A DNA stretch of 64,000 nucleotides. Source: Blastocladiella emersonii ATCC 22665 (Eukaryota > Fungi > Blastocladiomycota). The stretch covers positions 806,001-870,000 of the forward strand of contig JANHCV010000007.1 in the NCBI GenBank assembly GCA_025594325.1. Reading direction: 5' to 3'. The notes beneath the pieces are model-generated. The model saw only the letters and a list, made by a program, of their open reading frames with translations. It had not been told where the DNA came from and did not search any database. A program made the position numbers and the translations under genes. Positions 45,384 to 55,916 of the stretch are shown here, in pieces; within the stretch, counting starts at the first letter, position 1, and each line of letters begins with the position of its first letter.

Positions 45384-48223
45384 TCACGAGCTCCGCGCGC
45401 TGCCTTCGAGCACGCCGCTGATCCGGTCCAGCGCCTTGGCGACGATCCGGCGGACCTACACGCGCACTCGCAGTCAGACTTTGTAGCGCTCTCGCCATCG
45501 AGCGGGCGACGCACCGTAGCATCGACCTGCGCGCGGCACTTGGACTCGAGCACATGCCGTTCGGGCGTCCACGTCTCGGGCGCGTCGCGTGGTGGCTCAG
45601 GGACCGCGAGCGATGTGCCGCCCGCGGAGTCCTCGGGCACGCCTACACGAACGACGCCTAAGTATGGTTGCCGCTCGCTGCTCCCGAACGATACGAACCC
45701 TTGCCTCCGGCCGCCGCCGTCGCAGCTCCGCCTTTTCCGCCAGGTGCACCACCCGGCGTCGCCGACGCGGGACCCGCGGCACCGCCCTTACCCGCAGCGC
45801 CCTTCCCGCCCGCTGCCGCGGCTCCAGCAGCCGCCCCAGCCGGCCCTCCACTTCCGCCGGCCGACGCCATGCTCGGCTTGCCGCCCGCGTCCTTGCTGTT
45901 GCCACCGCCCTACAACTTGGCGTCAGTTAACCACCCTTTGCCCCGTCTCGCGCCGCGCGTACCTTGCCCTTGTCCGCACCACCCTTCCCGCCGCCCTTCC
46001 CCGCCTCGACCGCGGGCGCTGCGGATGCAGCAGCGAGTGCGGCCGCGGCCGCATCGTCCTCGGCCGCAGCCGCGGCAAACTTGCGCACGCACGCGCGGTC
46101 CGTGGCCGGCAATCCCCATGCGGCGCGGACCTCGGGGATTGCTGCGCCCGCTGCGTCGGCCGCGTCGACCCACGCCGCGCGGACGGCCGCGAGGACATGA
46201 CCCGCCGCCGCCGCCGGAGCTCTCGGCACACTCATCACGGGCTCCGCCTGCGTCGCCGTCGCGAGCACATGGTTCAAACTCCTGAGCACCGCCTCGCGCT
46301 CGCCGCGGTCGACGATAAACTCGGCCATATCGAAGAGCGACGCGACGCGGAGGTCCCAGGGTGCGGGGCTCATCATGTACGCGGTGATGGCCGCGTGCAC
46401 GGTGCGCAGGCGCGCGACGAGCGACGGCGACCACGCGAGCGCGTGCTCGGCGTTGCGCTGCGTGAAGGCGCGCTGCTCGGCGTGCACGGGCCGCGCGCGC
46501 GACCGGTGGTCGGCGGCGGCGAAGGTCGCGGTGAATAGGGTGTCGATGATCTGGCTTGCGGCGCGTTCGGCGCTAGACGGGGTCGGGAGGGTGGGTTAGG
46601 CGAGTGGGGAGTGGAGAGGGGAGGGAAGAAGCGTACGCGGCGCGGGTCAGCTGGCGGTCCCACTCTGCGCGCTGCGCCGCCGTCGAGTCGGGCTCGGAGC
46701 AGAAGCCCTACACCGCGCGTCTGCCGAATCAGTCCCACACCATCCCACCCTCCCATCAATGCACGTACGTAGAGCCGCAGCGTGACCGGCTCCGCGACCC
46801 TCGGCTGCGTCTCGAGCACGTACTCGTGGACGTGCACGCCGGGCGCGGGCGACTTGAAGATGACGTGGAAGTCGAACGCCGAGTTGGGCAGCAGCGTGCC
46901 CTGCTTGACGGGGAGGTAGAAGATCTCGTGCTCACCGATAACCCCACTCGCCGGCTGCGGGATCGGCAGCGCGAGCGTGCGCTGGCGAGGGACCCACCAG
47001 AAGTGCAGCGTCACGTTGGTCGCATTGTACAGCGTGAAGGCCGACGTCGTCACCTCGTTGAAGGTCGCCTCGAAGGAGAGCGACGACGCGCTGATCTCGA
47101 CCGACAGCGACGGTTTTGGCGGGGCAAAGTCCTCGGTGGCGGCAGCCGCGGGCTCGGACTGCTCGAGCGCCGCGGTGCCGGGCGCCGTGCTCGACGGCGT
47201 GAGCGAGAGCTCGGACAGCCGCAAAAGCAAGTCCTTGCGGACCCTCTCCGCGCCCTCCGCAGCCCCCGCCCCCGCCCCACCCGCGGGCGGCCGCTGGCCG
47301 ACGACCTCGAGTCCCTCGAGCACCTGCGGCGCGCCGTGCGCGGGATCGAGCATCTGCATCGCGCGGGCGAGCTCGGCCTGGCGGCGGGTGAGGTAGTCGC
47401 GGTCGACGTTACGCATGCGCTCACGGGCAGCAGCCGCGCCGTCACCGGCGTGCACGATGCGCTCGAGCTGGCGTGGGCCCGAGCGCGGCAGCGGGAAGTT
47501 GAGGCCCAGCAGGTCGTGGCCGATGCGCAGGCCGCGCAGCCAGAAGTCGTAGTTGGCCTCGAGGACTTTGATGGCCTCGTCGATCAGTGTCCGCTCTTCG
47601 ACGTATGCGCGCCATGCGGTGGATTGTGACATGGCGAGCGAGGTCGGGTCCTACGGGTTGAGGGTGAGGGGCGAGTGGCGGGCGCGGGAGGATCGGCGTA
47701 CCTTATTGAGGCGTGCGGCGAGCTGCATCTCGATGCGCTGCCACTCGGCCGAGTGCCGCTGCCAGTTGCGCAGCGAGCGTTCTTGCCGCATGTGCCTACG
47801 AATCCATGAGGTTAGCCTCCCACATAGCTCGCTCGCGTGCTAGTCCACGTACGCGTAGTTGTGGAACAGCTTAGCCTTGCCATCCAGCGACTCGGGGTCC
47901 TGCACCTCCTTGTCCCCCTCTCCCTCCCTCGCCGGACTCGCGGGCCGACTGAACTGCCCAAACAAGATATCCGACGCGGCGCCCTCGCTCGCGTCGTCAG
48001 CAAAGATCTCGCTGTCGGTGCGTCTTGGCGCGGGGCCCTCGGGCGGGTCCCACGACCCGCTTGGCAGGAACGTGTTGCTGTAGATGGAGCGGCGCGGCAT
48101 CATCAGTCCGGGGCGCAGCGGCGACCGCGCGCGGTGGATCGCCGAGGCGGCGCCGGGCGCCGCGGTCGGTACGGTGAAGGCGGCGTCGAACAGATCGTTT
48201 GGGTCGAGGAGCAGGGTTTCCAT
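45384..48223 (-). CDS. MYCBPAP: MYCBP-associated protein (MYCBPAP/FAP147-like), ciliary central apparatus
   Basis: WQRIEMQLAARLNK, WRAYVEERTLIDEA..YDFW..GLRIG and the Ig-like block TSAFTLYNATNVTLHFWW..FYLPVKQGTLLPNSAFDFHVIFKSPAPGVHVHEYVLETQP. Many short introns; the last exon ends GSARSS* at 45384. Confidence 0.78.
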
Positions 48224-48397
48224 GGTTACAGTTGCATGGTGTGCAGAGTGCGGTTAAAGAGGGAGGTCGTGAAGTGGAGTGGCGCGACGCGTCGGTGCGG
48301 GCGATGCAGGGCGCACGTGCACGACGCGTCGCGAATCCGCGGATCCTTGTCTCGCGTCTCGCCCGGCGGCTGCTTCGCCACCACGGACCATGCAGGA

Positions 48398-49043
48398 ATG
48401 ACGGCCCTGATCTCGTTCCGGTTCCTCTCACTGGCTGCAATGACGGTGCTGCTGCTCACCGCCATGCAGGATCTGGTACTTGCGAAGCGTGCTCGCTGAG
48501 CTCGAGCCGAGGCTGACGCCGGCGCAGGAAGATAACCTCATAGCCGGGCTGCCGAGACGGTACAACTCGGCGCAGCTGGATGCGGCGCGACGAGAGTACG
48601 GATCGCTCTCGCGGGTGACGGTCATCGCCGCTGACGACTCGATGCTGTTCTAGGGCAATGGTCGCGTGCTTCCTCCTCCTGAGCGGCCTCCTGCTCAACT
48701 TCTTCGGCATCTTCACGGGCGCGACGTTGTTCGAGCTTAGGCTCGGGCTCTTCTGTACGTGCCGCCGCTTGGTACACGTCCCGACCGATTCCTCACCCCC
48801 GCGGCCGCCGTGTGTAGACGTGACGGCGCACTCGGCGGGCACGGCGTGGCTCAGCTTCTTCATGCTCGAGGGCGTGCACTTCAAGGTGCTGTGGTACATG
48901 GTCAGTCTAATCACGTACGTCGCACACGGCACGGGACGCGGACGACTGCTGACGCGCGGCCGCGGTGGTGTAGGCTGCCCGCGACGGTGCTCGAGATCTT
49001 CTTCCAGCTGCTGAACATGAAAAAACGGCCCATTTACCTGTGA
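48398..49043 (+). CDS. TMEM107: Ciliary transition-zone membrane protein TMEM107
   Basis: Spliced product: LISFRFLSLAAMTVLL..EDNLIAGLP..GIFTGATLF..TAHSAGTAWLSFFMLE..LWY..LPATVLEIF..NMKKRPIYL*. This parallels the TMEM107 motifs SRFLTL, SGVSMF, AHCSASVALSFFIFE and KKKPF. Confidence 0.8.
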
Positions 49044-49111
49044 TGACAATGACGAATACACGATGCGGATAACCGATACACCTCCAACTCTCTCTCTCCC
49101 AACCCACGACC

Positions 49112-49774
49112 TCAATCAAAGTCGCGGTTGAAGTCGCCGGCGTACGGGTCGTCAAACGTCCAAGCGACGGTGCCAACGGGCGCCGCGTCGAGCGTGGCGC
49201 GGTGCTCGCGCACCTCCTCGCCGCGGACCCGTACGCCGTGCGCGTGCGCGGCCGCCGCGTTGCCCGAGTTGCGCGGGCCGCGCTGCGACCACGACAGCAG
49301 GTCGGGCGACGCCGTGCGCTCGTCGCTCTGCCCGCCCCAGTCGCTGCCCGTGTGCGCGCGCCCGTCCATGCCCGACCGGTAGCTCATGCTGCGGCTGTTG
49401 TTGGTGTGACCGTGCGCGTGCCCGTGCCCGTGCCCGTGCCCGTGCGGGAGACCCCAGATGTGCGAGTGCGGCGCGGGCGGCTGATTGGTCCCGTCGGGCC
49501 GGTGCGCCGACGCGTCGGGGGCGATCGGGGCGAGCGGGTGGTGGAAGTCGGGGCGCAGCGGCGCGGCGTGGCGGCGGTGCGGGATCGGCCCGCTGCCGAC
49601 CGGCGACGTCGAGTGCAGGAGCGAGTGGACCTGCGTGTGGTGGTGCGGCGACGGGTGGCCCGGCGAGTGCTTGACGTCGAGCGCGTCGGGCGAGCCCGTT
49701 GGCGGCGACCCGGGCGACGACAGGCCCGCGTCGGCCGTGTAGTGCAGCTCGTTGATGGTGGGAGTCGATTCCAT
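49112..49774 (-). CDS. His/Pro-rich hypothetical protein (220 aa)
   Basis: ACCATGG start, host-like codon usage, HGHGHGHAHG tract, aromatic C-terminal motif VAWTFDDPYAGDFNRDFD. Head-to-head with the CDK gene. Confidence 0.6.
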   Translation of the reverse strand: MESTPTINELHYTADAGLSSPGSPPTGSPDALDVKHSPGHPSPHHHTQVHSLLHSTSPVGSGPIPHRRHAAPLRPDFHHPLAPIAPDASAHRPDGTNQPPAPHSHIWGLPHGHGHGHGHAHGHTNNSRSMSYRSGMDGRAHTGSDWGGQSDERTASPDLLSWSQRGPRNSGNAAAAHAHGVRVRGEEVREHRATLDAAPVGTVAWTFDDPYAGDFNRDFD

Positions 49775-50214
49775 GGTGGTGGGGTTTGCTTCGTTGCGGG
49801 TTGAGAGGGGCGGGGAGAGGAGAGGTGGGGGGTGTCGGGCCCATTTTGTACCTCCCTCGCACGCCTGCGAAGGAGGGCGAACAACACGTTCGCGCCAATC
49901 GAGGGCAATCGGGCACGGGGCGGGGCCTTGTGACTTGCCAGCTGCCCAACGCGACGTGGGGGACGCTGCGCCGAGCGCAAAAGGGAGACACGCCGCGCAA
50001 ACGCGAACCGACGACGCGTCTCGGCACGCGCCGCGGGGTCAGGTGATGCCAGCCCACCCTTTGCAGATCCCCCGCTATGAGCCGTGGCCGGTCGTCGTCC
50101 CACTCCCACCGCGGCCGCGTCTCCGTCGCGCTCCCTCTCCTCGCTCCGTCCCGCCCATAAAAATTTTCTCGCGCGCGCCCGCGAGCCCATGCAACCTGCC
50201 ACGCACCACCGACC

Positions 50215-51408
50215 ATGACGGCCGACTCGATTGACGCCTACGCGCGCCTCAACAAGCTGGGCGAGGGCACCTACGGCGTCGTGTACCGCGCCCGCGAGAA
50301 GGCCACGGGCCGGATCGTTGCCATCAAGAAGATTAAGCTCGAGCAGGAGGGTGTGTGTCACTCGCTCGGCTGGGAACGACCGCGTCCCTGACTCGACGCA
50401 CGCAATCCCGTCCATTGCTGCTTCGCGTAGAGAACGGCATGCCGTCCACGTCGCTGCGCGAGATCACCGTCCTCAAGGAGCTGCGCCACCCCAACATTGT
50501 TCGGTTCGTTTGCTTTCTTGGGAAGTGGTCCGGCCGGCCCGTGGTCTGACCAGTTCGTCCAAATCGTAGCCTGCACAGCATCCTGATGCACGACACCACC
50601 AACCTGCAGCTCGTCTTCGAGTTCCTCGACTACGACCTCAAGAAGCACATGGAGAACACCAAGGAGGGCATGTCCATTGACGTCATCAAGGTGCGCATCA
50701 TCCCATCGCACTGGCCTCCCCACCCTCCTGGCTCACGCACCCCATCCGTAGAGCTACCTGTACCAGCTACTCAGCGGAATCCGGTTCTGCCACGGGCGGC
50801 GCATCATCCACCGTGACCTGAAGCCGCAGAACCTGCTCATCGACCAGCGCGGGCGGCTCAAGATCGCCGATTTCGGGCTCGCGCGGTGCTTTGGCGTGCC
50901 CCTGCGCAACTACACGCACGAGGTGGTGACGCTGTGGTACCGCGCGCCCGAGGTGCTCCTCGGCACCAAGACGTACGGCGTCGCTCTCGACATGTGGAGC
51001 ATCGGGTGCATCTACGGCGAAATGGTCCTGCACGCGCCCATGTTCCCCGGCGACTCGGAGATCGACCAGCTCTTCAAGGTGTTCCAGGTCCTCGGCACCC
51101 CGACCGAGGATACCTGGCCCGGCGTCAGCTCCCTGCCCGACTACAAGCCCCACTTCCCGAGCTGGCACCGCGTCGACCTCATGACCCACATGCGCGACCG
51201 TCTCGACGACTACGGCGTCGAGCTGCTTCACGTACTCTTGGTTTTCGGGGGTGCGCTCCGACCGACCGCGCCGCTCTGACCTTGATTGTCCCCTCTTGTG
51301 TAGCAACTGCTCGCCTACTTCCCCGGCAACCGCATCTCGGCCAAGACCGCGCTCGCCCACCCGTTCCTGGCCGACATTGACCCGTCCCTGTACACGGACG
51401 ACGACTGA
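50215..51408 (+). CDS. Cyclin-dependent kinase, CDK1/CDK2 (Cdc2/Cdc28) type with PSTSLRE helix
   Basis: [22 protein letters not shown]|[55 protein letters not shown] and GDSEIDQLF. Four introns. Confidence 0.93.
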
Positions 51409-51540
51409 ACTGCCTCGTCGTCGCTGATCCCGCTCTCATCCCACTGTACCACACAAAACACATGCGCATTCTTCCCTTCCCCTTCATCGTCAGTGAGCGA
51501 GTGAAACCTAGAGAACTGTATTACCCATCAACCCATCGCC

Positions 51541-52122
51541 TTACTTGCGCTTGACCGTCTCCGCCGCGCCAAACGCGCCCTTCTCGCGCCACGCGGCCTC
51601 GACGCGCGCGAGGTACGGCTTCTCCTTTTTGGGGGACATCGGCTCATGGCGCACGCGCCCGGGCCACATGACCTTGTTCGCGACCGCGACGCCCTGCAGG
51701 TCCATGCGCTCCCACGTGGCGCGCGGCGAGTCCTCGCCCTTGATATCGCCGCGGACCACCAGGTCCTCGAGCGCGCGCGCCGCCGCCACCACCTTGTCCT
51801 CGACCGGGTTGACCGCACGGTGGTCCCGGCCCACGGGCGTTGCGTGGTAAGCGATCCGGGCGACGAGCGTGTTGGCGGCCTTGGGCGAGGGCAGCGAGTC
51901 GATCACCAGGAACGGCGTCCAGTGGTCGCGCCGGAACGTCGGCGGGCGGAGGTTCAGCGGGAGCTGGTGCATGTGCTGGGGCTAGAGGGTGCCGCGGGGC
52001 GAGGTTAGGTCCCACAGAGGTAACAGTAGCAAGACAGGTAGGTCACTCACCCCGAGCGCGGCATCACGCGTGACGAGCGTCAGCGTGTTCTTGGCGTTGC
52101 GGAAAAAGTGGACCCGCGTCAT
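51541..52122 (-). CDS. MHR1: Mitochondrial ribosomal protein mL67 / Mhr1
   Basis: MTRVHFFRN...LRPPTFRRDHWTPFLVI resembles yeast Mhr1 VYIFRN...KPSLRRDIW. One GTGAGT..TAG intron. Confidence 0.7.
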
Positions 52123-52353
52123 GGTTTCTGGATCTCTGGGGTACGCCGCGCGCGTTGCACCGGGTCGGCGTCGGTTTACAATATAGCTTCGTGGTGGCAC
52201 AGCGCCGATGATGGGTGAGCAGACTCGGCCGCTGGCCCGCGGCGAGTTTGATCAGCGAAGTCGCCGCTCCATGGCGCGTCAGCTGACGCTATGCACTCTA
52301 TCGTGATATATTCCCACCCCGCCCGTATATATTACTCGCTGCCCCCCGTAGCG

Positions 52354-55300
52354 TTATGGCGCGCTGCACTTGTAAATGACCACGCCGCCGCCGAGATTCG
52401 CCTGTGCTGGTGCGCACGCGCACGTCACGTCCGGGTCGTCGCCGGCGCTCTCGAGCCAGCAGGCCCCGGGCACGCCCCACTGGACCAGCGTGTCGAGCGT
52501 GGTCGCCGCGTCGGTTGCTGTCGGAGTGTGGACGACCGTGATCCGCTTGTTGGTGCGCTGCTGCTTGAGCAGCGTCTCGAGCGCGGACAGGTCGGCCACC
52601 GCGACGAACGTGGACCGCGGGAGGTGTGAGCCTGTTGGGCGGGTGCCCGGTCTACAGAGTCATGGTGAGCACAAGAGAGTCGGGAGCAGAAGGGGAAAGC
52701 GTACTTGAACCGCACGTCCAGCGTGCGCACGTCGCCGCGGAGCGCCGGGTAGTCGGCCATGTCGAACGGCAGGATGGCGGGCACCTTGTCGGCGTCGAAA
52801 TCGAACGCGTGGTCCGTGGCCGGCGGGATCGCGTCGGCGGCCGCGACCGCCGCCGTCAGGACGCCCGCAAAGTCGACGTGCGGGAACTCGGACAGGAGGT
52901 GGAGCGCCTCGTCGAACGAGTTCGCGGCGATGAGCCCAGGCCGGACCGCGGGCGACGCCAGGACGTCCGTCATCAGCAGGTACCGGAACGCGTGCTGCTT
53001 GGTGCGCGTGAGGAGGTGGTCCCAGACGCGGTACGTCGTGGGCAGGGCGAGGACGTGCGCGAACAGCGTGAGGACCCACGACATGGCGAACAGGTCGAAC
53101 GTCACGCCGATCCGGTCGAGGTGCGCGGCGAGCTCCGGGTCCGTGAACCGCAGCGCGAGCGTCAGCAGCGACCAGAACTCGTGCAGCGGGACCGCGTTGT
53201 CGGTCCCCAGAAACCGCGCCAGGTACCGCGCGACGAACGCGTCGAGGCACGCGTACGCGACGGGCAGGTCGCGCGGGCTCGGGAACAAAGTCAGGAACAC
53301 GGCGCATACCGAGTCGAAGCCCTGCCAGTATACCTTGTCCGGGTGCGCCGCGAGCCACGCGCGGATCAGACGCTTGAGCGCCGCGCGGCCCGTCGGCGAC
53401 GCGACCATCGGGTGGTACGAGTGGCATCGCACCGCGTCTGCATCCAGCTGCCGTTCCTGGACCGCGTACTCTTCAGCGGCGGCGGCGGCGGCTGCAGCGG
53501 CCGCAGCCTCGGCCCCATCAGCGGCCGTCGCCGACCCCGCCGACGCCGCGAGCGCGGTTCGCGCATCGGCCTGCGCCTCGAGCTGCTGGAACAGCCAGTG
53601 CACGTCGCCGTCGATCCCCAGGAGCGCGGCCCAGATATGCGGCCGCAAAAACGCGGGGATATCCCCGCGCGACTCGCGCACGAGGTCGTCGGCCGTCAGC
53701 GGGTACTGCAGCAGCAGGTCCGAGAACAGCTGGATGCGCAGGAACTGGTACCCGACGTTGCGCGCGCGCACCGACTCGGGCTGCGTCGCCATGCTTTCGA
53801 GAAGCGCGGCCGTTGCCGCGGCGGTCGCCGGCAGCGCGTCGCGCACGCGCGCGAAGTCGACGGGGAACGGGAAGTGGTGGTGTGGCGGCATCGACTTGCT
53901 GGGCGCGCGCGCGTGCAGGACGGAGGGGAGAGATAGGACCGGCGGGCGTTTCCCGAGCCCCGTCGCTTTTGCGAACTCGGCGTCCAGGTTGCCACCGCTC
54001 AGCAGCCACAGATGGAACAGGACGTGCAGGTTGGTCTGGTGGTCCGTCGACCCGAGCCCCGAGGTGGGCGGCGACGCAGCAGCGTCTGGCGTTGTTGCGA
54101 GGAACGGGTGCTGCGCGAGTTTGATGGCCGTGGGCCGCGCGCACGAGTCGACGGTCAGGCAGACGCCGAGAAAGTCGCGCCACAGGCGACCGCGCTCGTC
54201 CTCGACGTGGATCCGCTGGTCGAGCATGTCCGACACGACGCCCGGGTCGCGGATAAAGGCGGCGAGCTGGCTAAAGTAGTCCTTTGGATGCTGCAGGAGG
54301 AAGTGCTCGCCCGTGTACAGCTGGAAGAGGAGAAGCTGTAGGTACACGAGTCAGTACGGCTCGGCTAGTCGTGAGCGAAGAAGGCCGTACCCCGACAGCC
54401 CAGATGTCTGCCTAAACACACACGAAGGGTCAATAAGCGCTCAGAACCACGGGAGAGCAACAGCCGTACCTTGTAAGAGGGAAAGTGCGGCGTCCCCGCG
54501 AGCAGGACCTCGGGCGCCTGGACATTGTACGCCGTGACGGGCGTGGCGAGGTCGAGCCCGCCCTCGGTGATGTGGTGGATGCCGAAGTTGAACAGCTTGA
54601 GGTTGTCGTCGTCGTCGAGCTGCAGGTTGTTGAGCGAAAGGTTACGGTGCTGGATCCCGCTGGACTGCAGGTGCGCGAGGCCCGCGACGAGCTGGCGCGC
54701 CCACCGCTGCACGCGGGCGAGGTCTCGGATGCCGTGCCTACACGGGACGCGGTCAGGGACACGAGACGGTGGTCGTGGGTTGAGCGGGTGCCGCACCTTG
54801 CGCCATGGCTCTGTTTGGCGATCAGCATCAGCGACGAGAGCGTGCGTGGGTGCGACTCTTGCACGAGGTAGATCCAGCCTACCGAGCAGAGCGCGTGGCA
54901 GTGAGCCTCGGGCCCGCGGACACGAGCGCACGGGCGGACACGTACGCGACCCACCAAAACTGCCGCGCACGCAGTCAATGTACTGGCACAGCGACGGGTG
55001 CGCCCACGAGACGGCGCGGACCTCGGCGAACCTTGCGGCGACGCGCGAGAAGAGTTCGGGGAGGCTCTCGGACGGGATCGCGGCGTTTGCCGCCGACGCC
55101 GCCTCGGGCGCGGAGATCAGGCTGACCTCGGGCTCCGTGACCTGGTCGAGGTCGAGCGAGACAACGGCAGCCGTCGGGAACGTCTTGGGCTCGCAGTGCG
55201 GCGGCGAGAACGGGTTGCGGAGCGCGCGGCCAAAGAACGAGCCGTCGTCGAACCGCGGGCTGTCGTCGTCGACGTCGACGGGGCCCTCGCCCGTCAGGAA

Positions 55301-55444
55301 GGTGGCGATCGAGCTCTCGAAGCTCTCCTCGAACGACACGCTCAGGTCGCCGATGGCGAGGAATTCCTCCTCCTCGGAGCTGGCGCTCGGCAGTGGCGGC
55401 GGCGAGACGGCCGAGGGCGACGCGGGCGAGTGTGGCGGGTCCAT
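52354..55444 (-). CDS. TBCK: TBC domain-containing protein kinase-like (pseudokinase + Rab-GAP TBC + rhodanese-like)
   Basis: Degenerate kinase (HRNLSLNNLQL..KLFNFGIHHIT..APEVL). TBC domain GDIPAFLRPHIWAALLGI, QLDADAVRCHSYH, YWQGFDS, FAMSWVLTLFAH. C-terminal LDVR..rhodanese-like region. Many introns. Confidence 0.9.
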
Positions 55445-55916
55445 GGCATCCCCGGCGGGGAAGGTTGCATGAGCTTTCAGGGTCGCGTGTGCGTTGCAAG
55501 GTCGGGGGTGAGGGGAGGGAGGGAGGGGAGGAGAAGAGCGATCGGCGACGCGTGGTCGCCTCGCGTCTCGCCTCAGCCGGCGCCGGATGGGCGTGGCAGC
55601 CCGCATCCGGATTGCTCCTCCCTCCCTCTCGTATACCTCTCAGGTCGCTAAAATCTGCTGTACTGGCTGTTTGGGACTTCGTTGGACCTCTCGAGGCTGT
55701 ATCCTCCAACAAGTCGACCCCGATCAGCCCACAGGAACACTCAACCCGCACGTGAGTGGCGCGGCGCGTCCGTGGTCATCAAGAAAAGCATGTACATGGG
55801 GAATAACGGCAAAGAAGAAGAGGCGGGTAAGGGTAGTAGTCGCGAGGGTGATCATGGGCGGTAGTGAGGAAGGAGGAGAGAGGGAGGTATGATCCAACAC
55901 GAACAACTCGACTCCG

